Assembly (NCBI GenBank): GCA_040005675.1
Contig: JBDTYN010000090.1
Span: 1-35,241 of the forward strand
Direction of reading: 5' to 3'
Length of the DNA: 35,241 bases
Source of the DNA: Chthoniobacterales bacterium
GTDB lineage: Bacteria; Verrucomicrobiota; Verrucomicrobiia; Chthoniobacterales; UBA10450
Positions 1 to 7,713 of this stretch are shown one piece after another; position 1 is the first letter of the stretch, and every line of letters starts with the position of its first letter. The position numbers and the translations under genes are program-made. The notes below the pieces were generated by a model. That model had not been told where the DNA came from, did not search any database, and was given only the letters and a program-made list of their open reading frames with translations.

Positions 1-2
1 CA

Positions 3-293
3 TCGTGGCGAACTTGGACGGGTCTGACCTACAAAATGTCGCAGGCTTCGTGGAACCCGGAGAACCTCGGGCAAAGCACGATTCAGATTCTGCGCGATCC
101 CGGCTGGTTACTAAAATGGATTGGCTCGTTGCTCGTCGTCACGGGCATTTTCATGCTCTTCTACCTGCGAGGTTTCCGCCGGCCGGGCAAGAGCGCTCCA
201 TCCACGAAGCTTCAGTCGCGGAAGTCGGAGAGAAATACCGACGTTGCCAGTGGCGCGGTCGCTGAATTAATAGAGGCAGGCGTGGAGAAATGA
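3..293 (+). CDS. 3' fragment of a membrane protein gene, ResB/Ccs1-like cytochrome c biogenesis protein (5' end outside the window)
   Basis: Frame 3 is open from the window edge (SWRTWTGLTYKMSQASW...). The tail ILRDPGWLLKWIGSLLVVTGIFMLFYLR resembles the conserved RDPG motif plus last TM helix of ResB/Ccs1. Stop TGA 291-293 overlaps the next ATG (ATGA). Confidence 0.4.
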   Translation, partial: SWRTWTGLTYKMSQASWNPENLGQSTIQILRDPGWLLKWIGSLLVVTGIFMLFYLRGFRRPGKSAPSTKLQSRKSERNTDVASGAVAELIEAGVEK

Positions 294-919
294 GGGCGCG
301 GTTGTTGTGTGGCGTTGCTCTGCTCACGGGATGTGCAAGCGGGAGCCACACGCCATGGACGGAACAGGCCGTGCAATCCCACAAGTGGGGTTACTATAGC
401 GGCCCGATTGACACACGTTGGGAATCTGACGGTCGCACGATGGTTTTGCTGAGCGAGATGCGTTACAGCGATCCCAAGGGGCAGGTGTGGGTCGCTCCGG
501 CCGGTGCAAAGGTCGATGGTGCTTCGATTCCCCGGGCGTTCTGGTCTTTCATGGGCGGGCCGTTTGAAGGCCGGTATCGCGCCGCGTCGGTTCTGCATGA
601 TGTTGCCTACGACGATAAATCGCGGCCGTGGCAGGAGTGCGACCGCATGTTTTACAACGCGATGCGCTGCAGCGGGGTGAGCGCCGCCGAGGCAAAGACA
701 ATGTACTACGCCCTTTATCGATTCGGGCGGCATTGGAAATTCGCCGCCAGAAAAGCCGAGCCCGTCGCTGTTCTTTCCTCGGAAATCGACGAAGGCAATG
801 CACGACGGGCGACAGCCGTCGATCCCGAAGAGGTGAGCGCAATCCAGCAATGGATTCGGGAGAATGACCCCAGTCTAAGCCAGATCGAATCGCGGGCCGA
901 GGCGGTGCCGCCGCACTAG
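290..919 (+). CDS. DUF1353 domain lipoprotein
   Basis: N-terminus MRARLLCGVALLTGC has a lipobox (LTGC). The core VDGASIPRAFWSFMGGPFEGRYRAASVLHDVAY matches the DUF1353 signature (DGASIP...HD.Y) as I recall it. Confidence 0.7.
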   Translation: MRARLLCGVALLTGCASGSHTPWTEQAVQSHKWGYYSGPIDTRWESDGRTMVLLSEMRYSDPKGQVWVAPAGAKVDGASIPRAFWSFMGGPFEGRYRAASVLHDVAYDDKSRPWQECDRMFYNAMRCSGVSAAEAKTMYYALYRFGRHWKFAARKAEPVAVLSSEIDEGNARRATAVDPEEVSAIQQWIRENDPSLSQIESRAEAVPPH

Positions 920-943
920 CGACTTCCGAACCGGCTGAAAGAG

Positions 944-2668
944 TCAATGCTCTGCGACCCTGCCCGGTCCCCAAAGCGCGCGGCCCGGTTTTGCGCCAGT
1001 ATGTTCTCCATCTTTAATGACCTGCACGCCATTCACAAACACGTGCTTCATGCCGACGGCATATTGATGCGGCTTCTCAAAGGTCGCGCGGTCCCCGATC
1101 GTCGCCGGATCGAACACGACGACGTCGGCAAACATCCCTTCCTTCAGGAATCCGCGGCGATCGAGTTGGAGATTGGTCGCGGGCAAACCGCTTAGTTTCC
1201 GCACCGCGTCAGCGAGCGAAATTATTTTGTCCTCGCGTACGTATTTTCCGAGCACCCTGGCAAAATTGCCGTAGGCGCGCGGGTGTGGATTTGATTTCAG
1301 GAAGACTCCTTCGGGAGCTTGCGAAGCTTCATCAGAGCCGAATGAGACCCATGGCTTCGCGATCTCTTTCTTCAAATTTTCTTCGGACATGGAGAAGTAA
1401 ATCGTATCGATGCGCGATTCGTCTTCCGCGATCAGGTCCATGATTGTTTCGACCGGATCTTTACCGCGCATCTTCGCGACCGCGGCGAGAGTTTTGCCCG
1501 TGAGCGGCTTCAGTTTTTCCGACTTGAATCCGCAAAGGAGAATTCGATCCGGGGAACCGGCCTGGAGATAGGAGTTTTCCCATTCGTCGCTCGGCGTGCG
1601 GACGGCCGCGGCGATTTTCTCGCGCGTGGCGGGATCGCGCAACCGCTTGAACAGCGCCGGATAACCGCCGTCGGCCGTCCAAGGCGGCAGACAAGCATCA
1701 AGTCCGGTGCCGGACGCGGGGTAGGTGTACATGTCGGCTGTGATTTTGGCGCCTTCCTTCTGGGCCGCTTCCACGCGCGCCAGGAGTCGATCCAGCTTGG
1801 GCCAGTTCGACGCACCGGCCGCTTTGATATGATAGATCTCGGCCGGAATTCCGGCTTCGCGGCCGATCCGAATCAGTTCCTCAACGCCCGCCTGCAACTG
1901 ATTTCCCTCGCTTCGCATGTGCGAGATGTATTTGCCGCGGTATTTAGCAGCGACTTTGCACAACTCGATCAGCTCCTCGGTCTTCGCGAAGAACGCCGGC
2001 GGGTATATGAGCGACGAACCGATGCCAAGGGCGCCTTCTTCCATCGCGCGCCGGACGAGTTCTCGCATCTGGTCGAGCTGTGGCGGCGTCGGCGGCTTAT
2101 CTTCCAGGCCTATCGCGTACTCGCGGATGGTCGTCGCGCCGAGGAACGAAGCGACGTTCGGCGTGACGCCCCGTTGCTCGAGGTAACGCAGATATTCCGC
2201 AAGCGTGTTCCAACAGATCTCGTAGTGGATATCCTTCTGCTCCGCCAGTTGCCGCTGCTTCATGTTCTCGTTGAGCGGGCCCATCGATGACCCTTCCCCC
2301 ATGATCTCGGTCGTGACGCCCTGGCGGATTTCGCTTTGCGAACGGCCATCCTCGATGAGCGATTCGTTCGACCAGGAAAGCATGTTGATGAATCCGGGCG
2401 CGACCGCGAGTCCCGTCGCATCAATGATCAGCGTTGCCTTCGCGCTCGAAAGATCGCCCACTGTGACGATGCGGTCGCCTCGCAGCCCCACATCGGCCTT
2501 CGCCGGCGCCCCACCCGTGCCGTCATAGAGCATTCCGCCCCTGATGATGACTGTCATCCCGTCGGCTCCTGGCGCCCGATTCTCCGCTGCGCCGAAACTT
2601 GCTCCCGGGCGCAGGACAAACAGGAATAGAAAGCAAACACCGGCGACGGTCCTCACAATGCAGCGCAT
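944..2668 (-). CDS. N-acyl-D-amino-acid deacylase (D-aminoacylase) family amidohydrolase, secreted
   Basis: Start set at the internal ATG 2668 (MRCIVRTVAGVCFLFLFVLRPGASFGA, a signal peptide), because the longer ORF would overlap the upstream Gre gene. Family motifs seen: GGMLYDGTG...VGLRGDRIVTVGDL, SHMRSEG, YHIKAAG, FGSDEAS, DVVVFDPATIGDRATFEKPHQYAVG. Confidence 0.85.
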   Translation of the reverse strand: MRCIVRTVAGVCFLFLFVLRPGASFGAAENRAPGADGMTVIIRGGMLYDGTGGAPAKADVGLRGDRIVTVGDLSSAKATLIIDATGLAVAPGFINMLSWSNESLIEDGRSQSEIRQGVTTEIMGEGSSMGPLNENMKQRQLAEQKDIHYEICWNTLAEYLRYLEQRGVTPNVASFLGATTIREYAIGLEDKPPTPPQLDQMRELVRRAMEEGALGIGSSLIYPPAFFAKTEELIELCKVAAKYRGKYISHMRSEGNQLQAGVEELIRIGREAGIPAEIYHIKAAGASNWPKLDRLLARVEAAQKEGAKITADMYTYPASGTGLDACLPPWTADGGYPALFKRLRDPATREKIAAAVRTPSDEWENSYLQAGSPDRILLCGFKSEKLKPLTGKTLAAVAKMRGKDPVETIMDLIAEDESRIDTIYFSMSEENLKKEIAKPWVSFGSDEASQAPEGVFLKSNPHPRAYGNFARVLGKYVREDKIISLADAVRKLSGLPATNLQLDRRGFLKEGMFADVVVFDPATIGDRATFEKPHQYAVGMKHVFVNGVQVIKDGEHTGAKPGRALWGPGRVAEH

Positions 2669-2708
2669 GGCGGATTCTGACCGCCCGGCGCGCGAGGGTC
2701 GAGAGTTG

Positions 2709-3218
2709 TTATCCGTCGTAGTCGATCTCGACAATCTCGAGTTGCGCCTCGCCGGAAGGGAGCTTGAAGCGCACACGTTCGCCGCGGCGCGCGTTGAGCA
2801 GCGCTTTCGCAATTGGCGATTGCCAGCTCACCCAGCCGCGATCAGCGTCTGCTTCATCCACTCCGACGATGCGGTAATTGGATTGCTCGTCGCCTTCGCG
2901 TACCGTCACCGTCGCGCCGAAACGCACAGTCTGTCGGTCTGCATCAGGCGGGACGACGATCTCCGCCGATTGTAAACTTGCCTCGAGATGAGCGATGCGA
3001 ACATCGATCGCTGCGAGTTGCGGTTTTGCCTCTCCAGCAACCGACCCAGCGAGTTGCGGACGTTCCACTTCGACGAGGTGCGTCAGCTCATCGCGTAGTC
3101 GTTGCGCGCCCGCTTGCGTGAGGTAATTCCGCGCGCCAATCGGAAGGGCAGCGGCGCGCTCGATGGGAAGGGACAAGTCCGGCGCGTCATCCGACTCGCG
3201 CGTAAAAGCTTTACTCAT
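2709..3218 (-). CDS. GreA/GreB-family transcription factor homolog (short coiled-coil variant)
   Basis: The C-terminal domain VRFGATVTVREGDEQSNYRIVGVDEADADRGWVSWQSPIAKALLNARRGERVRF is closely GreA/GreB-like. The N-terminus is MSKAFTRESDD... followed by a short helical region. Confidence 0.8.
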   Translation of the reverse strand: MSKAFTRESDDAPDLSLPIERAAALPIGARNYLTQAGAQRLRDELTHLVEVERPQLAGSVAGEAKPQLAAIDVRIAHLEASLQSAEIVVPPDADRQTVRFGATVTVREGDEQSNYRIVGVDEADADRGWVSWQSPIAKALLNARRGERVRFKLPSGEAQLEIVEIDYDG

Positions 3219-3300
3219 TCGGAAAGGCCAAATCAGCCGGCAGCCGGCGGCGCAACTGTGGCAGGTATAATAGCACCGCCTGACCGCCTGCCGACGCAGT

Positions 3301-4311
3301 TCATTGTTTCAAATAAAGCGTCTTTGTTCCGAAATCGATGATGCCGTGATGGCGCCGCAGCAACTCGGAGCCGAGCAAGCCCGCCACCGGCGGCGAGCCA
3401 TCGAGCAGACCGCCGTGAATGAGCCCTTCGAGATCGATCACCCCCACTTCTTTGCCACGCAAATCCACCGAGCCGACTGAGAGCAGGCGAATCGTGGCGA
3501 GCTGCACGCCGCGCTGCTTTAAATTCACGCCCGCCGAGCTGAATGGCGTGTTGCGCAACGGGATTTTCATTCCGCGCACAAATCGCTTATGCAGCAGGGT
3601 GGTGAAGGCACCCGTATCGATCATCCACTTGGCACGCTTGCCGTTGACAGAGCCATCGACGTAAAGGTTGTAACCGGTGCTGACATGGATCGGCATGCGG
3701 CTGAAGCCGCGAAGGTCCACCCCCGGCGCGCGACCGGCCAGCCTCGGGTCCAACTTCAGAATCAACATCTGGGTCTGGCAATCGAGGACAGCTTCTGTTG
3801 GGAAGAGAATGTCCGCGCCGAGAATTCCGTCGATCTCCTGCTCGTTCAGAAGTTTCCTCGCCTTGCTTGAGCCCCCGAGATCAAGCGCGACCATCGGTTC
3901 GTCGATCAGGTGCAAGCTGCCCAGCTGGAGCGTGTGGGCGATGCCGACACTGTTGAAGGCGCCGTTGATTCGAAGCCGTGCCGGCAGCTTCGAATTGCCA
4001 GCTATCGGCGTGAGGCCGAAGTAATCGCGTCGGTCGAGCGCAATCGCACTGATGGGCGCGCCGGTATCGACGCCAAGTACCGCAGGCTTGCCGTTGATGA
4101 AAGCGCGGACGAGCAGGTGATTCTGTGGCGAACGATCGAGCGGCAACGCCTCGAACTGCGCGCTCTCGGTCTGCGCCGGTTGCGGCGAACGGTATGAGGG
4201 AGGAGCCGGGTAGGATCGGCGCGCGGCCGAAACGGGCGAAATAAGGAGCAGCCCCGCGAAAAACGCGATGCAGCATCTTATTCCCCTGTTCCCCCTGGTT
4301 CGGCTGATCAC
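3301..4311 (-). CDS. Secreted tandem retropepsin-like aspartic protease (two DTGA domains)
   Basis: There are two copies of the retropepsin signature: VDTGAPIS (Asp codon 4066-4068) with GILGADIL, and IDTGAFTT (Asp codon 3616-3618) with GLLGSELL. I chose GTG 4311 because it gives a proper signal peptide (M-ISRTRGNRGIRCCIAFFAGLLLISPVSA) and leaves 88 bp for divergent promoters. ATG 4392 is the alternative, only 7 nt from livK. Confidence 0.75.
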   Translation of the reverse strand: MISRTRGNRGIRCCIAFFAGLLLISPVSAARRSYPAPPSYRSPQPAQTESAQFEALPLDRSPQNHLLVRAFINGKPAVLGVDTGAPISAIALDRRDYFGLTPIAGNSKLPARLRINGAFNSVGIAHTLQLGSLHLIDEPMVALDLGGSSKARKLLNEQEIDGILGADILFPTEAVLDCQTQMLILKLDPRLAGRAPGVDLRGFSRMPIHVSTGYNLYVDGSVNGKRAKWMIDTGAFTTLLHKRFVRGMKIPLRNTPFSSAGVNLKQRGVQLATIRLLSVGSVDLRGKEVGVIDLEGLIHGGLLDGSPPVAGLLGSELLRRHHGIIDFGTKTLYLKQ

Positions 4312-4399
4312 GCGCCCCGAGGATAGCACGGGTCTCTCACGGGCGAAAACGCTTGATTCACCAGCGTGCAGCAAGTATTCGGGGCAGGGCATTTTACTT

Positions 4400-5578
4400 A
4401 TGAATAACGGCAAAAAATCGGTGGTTAGGCGTGTTTCCATTTTTATCGTCGCCGGTCTCGCCGCGATGTGCCTTCTCGGCCTTTCGAGCTGCGAGAAAGG
4501 CGGAGACGGATCCGCCGCTAGCGATGTCATTAAGTTGGGCGAGTACGCGTGTCTGACGGGTCAGACGGCGAGTTTCGGCACGGCTTCCCATAATGGCGCT
4601 ACGCTCGTGATCGACGAAGTGAATGCTGCCGGTGGGGTGCTCGGCAAAAAGATCAAACTGATTACGGAGGATGACCAATCCAAACCCGGCGAAGCGGCAA
4701 CCGCGGTCCGCAAATTGATTTCACGCGACCACGTCTCGGCCCTGATCGGTGAGATCGCTTCCTCACGGTCGCTCGAAGCGGGACCGATCGCGCAGCAGAA
4801 TAAAATTCCCATGGTTTCGCCGGGTTCGACGAATCCCAACGTCACGCGAATCGGCGATTACGTCTTCCGCGTCTGCTTCATCGACCCATTTCAGGGAACC
4901 GTGATGGCAAAGTTCGCCCTCAATTCGCTGCACAAGACCCACGTCGCCGTGTTAACCGACGTGCGACAGGATTACAGCGTCGGTCTTGCGCAGTTCTTCA
5001 AGGATTACTTCACGAAGAACGGGGGTACGATCGTCGGCGAACAAAGCTACAGCTCGGGCGATCAGGATTTTAAGGCCCAGTTGACGGCGCTGAAAGGAAC
5101 CAACCCGGAAGCGGTTTTCCTCCCAGGTTACTACAATGAGGTAGGACTGATCGCACGGCAGGCGCGGGAACTTGGAATCACTGTGCCTTTCCTGGGCGGC
5201 GATGGCTGGGATTCACCGACGTTGACGCAAATCGGCGGCGCGGCAATCGAGGGTAATTTCTTTGCGAACCATTTCTCGACCGAAGACCAGTCGCCGGTCA
5301 TTCAGGATTTCATTCGCAAATACAAAACACGGTTCAACAAAGAACCTGACGGAATGGCGGCGCTCGGGTTCGACGCAGCCAAAGTGCTGCTCGACGCGAT
5401 CACGCGCGCAGGCAGCGTCGAGAACACGAAGATCCGCGACGCGCTTGCCGCCACAAAGGATTTCCAAGGCGTAACCGGCCGGATCACGATCGACGAAAAT
5501 CGGAACGCGAACAAATCGGCGGTGGTTCTCACGATCAAGGACAAGGGATTCCATTACGTCGAAACAATTGCGCCGTAG
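4400..5578 (+). CDS. livK: Branched-chain amino acid ABC transporter substrate-binding lipoprotein (LivK/LivJ family)
   Basis: Internal ATG 4400 gives MNNGKKSVVRRVSIFIVAGLAAMCLLGLSSC, a lipoprotein signal. The body (IKLGEYACLTGQTASFG, DDQSKPGEA, VSALIGEIASS) is typical of Leu/Ile/Val-binding periplasmic proteins. It is followed by livHMGF. Confidence 0.9.
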   Translation: MNNGKKSVVRRVSIFIVAGLAAMCLLGLSSCEKGGDGSAASDVIKLGEYACLTGQTASFGTASHNGATLVIDEVNAAGGVLGKKIKLITEDDQSKPGEAATAVRKLISRDHVSALIGEIASSRSLEAGPIAQQNKIPMVSPGSTNPNVTRIGDYVFRVCFIDPFQGTVMAKFALNSLHKTHVAVLTDVRQDYSVGLAQFFKDYFTKNGGTIVGEQSYSSGDQDFKAQLTALKGTNPEAVFLPGYYNEVGLIARQARELGITVPFLGGDGWDSPTLTQIGGAAIEGNFFANHFSTEDQSPVIQDFIRKYKTRFNKEPDGMAALGFDAAKVLLDAITRAGSVENTKIRDALAATKDFQGVTGRITIDENRNANKSAVVLTIKDKGFHYVETIAP

Positions 5579-5630
5579 GGACAAGAACCCTGCGGTTTTC
5601 GATTCTTAGGCGTGCTGCGCCCTCGCCGCT

Positions 5631-5712
5631 GTCATGTCGAGCGAAGCCGAGACATCCTGCTGCGTTACCTTGAGGTTATATCTAGGGATTCCTCGACCTC
5701 GCTCGGAATGAC
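5631..5712. repeat. Intergenic hairpin repeat, copy 1 (REPIN/MITE-like inverted-arm element)
   Basis: Left arm is gtcatgtcgagcgaagccgagacatcc (5631-5657). Right arm is gggattcctcgacctcgctcggaatgac (5685-5712). The arms are mutual reverse complements and homologous to the copies at 8493-8584 and 26634-26714. It lies between livK and livH. Confidence 0.85.
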
Positions 5713-5746
5713 ACAGATGCAGCGCTTACCCCGCGATAGCTAACGC

Positions 5747-6670
5747 GTGAACCAGTTTATCCAACAGCTGATCAACGGTCTCTCGCTGGGATCGATTTAC
5801 GCGTTAATCGCGCTCGGTTATACGATGGTCTATGGCGTTCTGCGCTTCATTAATTTCGCACATGGCGATGTCTTCATGGTTGGCGCTTACACCGGCTACT
5901 ACGCGGCACGCTGGATAAACGGCCGGTTCAACACCGAGCCCTCCATCCCCTTTGCGATTCTGGTCCTGACTATTTCAATGGTCGTCTGCGCGATTGTCGG
6001 AATCGTGATCGAACGGCTCGCCTACGCGCCACTTCGCAATCGAGCCCGCCTCACCGTTCTCATCACAGCCATCGGCGTTTCTCTCTTCCTGGAGTACGGA
6101 GGCCAGCAATTCTTCGGCGCCGGGCCGGAAAACTTCCCTCAGCTCATGCCCAACTACGCCGTGCTGAACACGCCGGCCTTCACCATCATGAGCAATCAAC
6201 TGATCGTGCTCGGAGTGACTGTGGCCCTTCTGATTGGCCTCACCTTCGTCGTTCTGAAAACAAAAATTGGCACAGCGATGCGCGCGCTTTCATTTAATCC
6301 GACGGCCGCCTCGCTCATGGGGATCAACAATAGCGTCGTGATCTCGTTCACCTTCGGCCTCGGCTCCGCGCTGGCCGCGGCCGCGGGAATCTTATGGGCC
6401 GTGAACTATCCTTCGATCAATCCGTTAATGGGCCTGCTGCCGGGCGTAAAAGCCTTCGTCGCAGCCGTGCTCGGTGGCATTGGAAATATCCCGGGCGCCG
6501 CCCTCGGCGGCCTCATCCTCGGAGTGACCGAAACACTGGTCGTCGGCTACAGCGATAAACTGCACATCCCGCCGAGCTATCGAGACGCCGTCGCGTTTGT
6601 CGTTCTGATCGTAATCCTCCTGTTTAAACCCTCAGGTCTGCTCGGTAAAACTGGCTCCGAAAAAGTGTGA
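5747..6670 (+). CDS. livH: Branched-chain amino acid ABC transporter permease LivH
   Basis: GTG start. The N-terminus MNQFIQQLINGLSLGSIYALIALGYTMVYGVLRFINFAHGD is the canonical LivH signature. The protein is polytopic. Confidence 0.95.
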   Translation: MNQFIQQLINGLSLGSIYALIALGYTMVYGVLRFINFAHGDVFMVGAYTGYYAARWINGRFNTEPSIPFAILVLTISMVVCAIVGIVIERLAYAPLRNRARLTVLITAIGVSLFLEYGGQQFFGAGPENFPQLMPNYAVLNTPAFTIMSNQLIVLGVTVALLIGLTFVVLKTKIGTAMRALSFNPTAASLMGINNSVVISFTFGLGSALAAAAGILWAVNYPSINPLMGLLPGVKAFVAAVLGGIGNIPGAALGGLILGVTETLVVGYSDKLHIPPSYRDAVAFVVLIVILLFKPSGLLGKTGSEKV

Positions 6671-7713
6671 AGGGTTCGGCTTCGAAGCTTTATCTGGCGA
6701 TCGCCGCGGCGGTCAGCTTCGCGATTTCCTATTGGGTCCCGATGGATCAATACGTCCGCGAGATTGTTCTCACGATCGGGATCAACATCATTCTCGCCGT
6801 CAGCTTAAACCTGGTGAACGGATACGCCGGCCAGTTTTCCTTAGGCCACGCCGGGTTCATGGCAATCGGCGCCTACTTTTCGGCCGCGGTCACTACGTTT
6901 TGGGCGCCTAAGTGGTTTGGAGCGTCGACCGACATCACCTCGGGCTTTACCGCGCCGCTCGTCTTCCTGTTCGCATTGCTGTCTGGCGCCCTCCTCGCGG
7001 CGGTCGCAGGTTTGATCATCGGAATCCCTTCTCTCCGGCTTCGGGGTGACTATCTTGCCATCGCTACTCTCGGTTTCGGAGAGATCATCCGCGTCGTCAT
7101 CCAAAACACTGACGCGATCGGCGGCTCGCGCGGCTTCACCGTGATGTCGGGCTACACGAATTTCTTTTGGACCTATCTTTTCGCCGCACTCACGATCTAC
7201 GTCGTGGCCAACCTCGTGCACTCCGCCTACGGACGCGGTTTTTTAGCTGTGCGAGACGATGAAGTCGCGGCCGAAGCAGTCGGGGTGAATACGACGAAAT
7301 ACAAAGTCATTGCGTTCGTGCTCGCCGCGTTCTTCGCGGGAATCGCCGGCGGTCTCTACGCACACTTCAAACAGTACCTGCATCCAGACGGCTTCAGTTT
7401 CCTCAAATCCATCGAGGTCGTGGTGATGGTCATCCTCGGAGGGATGGGGAGCACGGCGGGCGTGATTGCGGCCGCGGTGTTTCTCTCGCTTCTGCCGGAG
7501 GTGCTCCGGTTTATTCCACAGTTCTACGAACGCTCGTTTGGGATTCCGCTCCCGCATCTGATCGACGAATTGTTGAAAAATCGGATGCTGATTTATTCGG
7601 TTCTGCTCATCGCGCTGATGCTCACGCGCCCTCAGGGAATTTTCGGCGGGCTGAAACGACCCGCATTTTTATCCGGCAAGAAAACTCGCGCTGCCCATGT
7701 CATCCCTTCTTGA
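6667..7713 (+). CDS. livM: Branched-chain amino acid ABC transporter permease LivM
   Basis: The GTG start overlaps the livH stop (GTGA). The motif NLVNGYAGQFSLGHAGFMAIGAY is typical of LivM. The protein is polytopic. Confidence 0.93.
   Translation: MKGSASKLYLAIAAAVSFAISYWVPMDQYVREIVLTIGINIILAVSLNLVNGYAGQFSLGHAGFMAIGAYFSAAVTTFWAPKWFGASTDITSGFTAPLVFLFALLSGALLAAVAGLIIGIPSLRLRGDYLAIATLGFGEIIRVVIQNTDAIGGSRGFTVMSGYTNFFWTYLFAALTIYVVANLVHSAYGRGFLAVRDDEVAAEAVGVNTTKYKVIAFVLAAFFAGIAGGLYAHFKQYLHPDGFSFLKSIEVVVMVILGGMGSTAGVIAAAVFLSLLPEVLRFIPQFYERSFGIPLPHLIDELLKNRMLIYSVLLIALMLTRPQGIFGGLKRPAFLSGKKTRAAHVIPS

Noticed and set aside
212-850. Long antisense or alternative-frame ORFs, including 212-850(-), 549-974(-), 7973-8539(-), 19588-20109(-), 29414-30046(-), 30406-31269(-), 31285-31827(-) and 34526-35182(+).
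   Set aside because: Each lies opposite or out of frame to a gene with clear family motifs. Their translations are Arg/Ala/Pro/Gly-rich with no recognisable domains. This is the usual open-frame artefact of ~60% GC DNA.
2669-2812. N-terminal extensions of several ORFs: 944-2812, 9295-10479, 20183-21124, 25668-26624, 27880-28614 and 4268-5578.
   Set aside because: The extensions overlap neighbouring genes or encode Arg/Ser-rich nonsense. Internal starts give proper signal peptides or canonical N-termini: MRCIV.., MSEPLT.., MKSVH..KAPRAGKVKTRL, MEKLIIVGSG, MKRDQSLTIRGY, MNNGKK..lipobox.
3266-3271. A perfect TATAAT hexamer on the plus strand in the Gre/protease spacer.
   Set aside because: No plus-strand gene lies downstream, so it would only drive antisense transcription into the protease gene. 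A single hexamer without a -35 partner is expected by chance.
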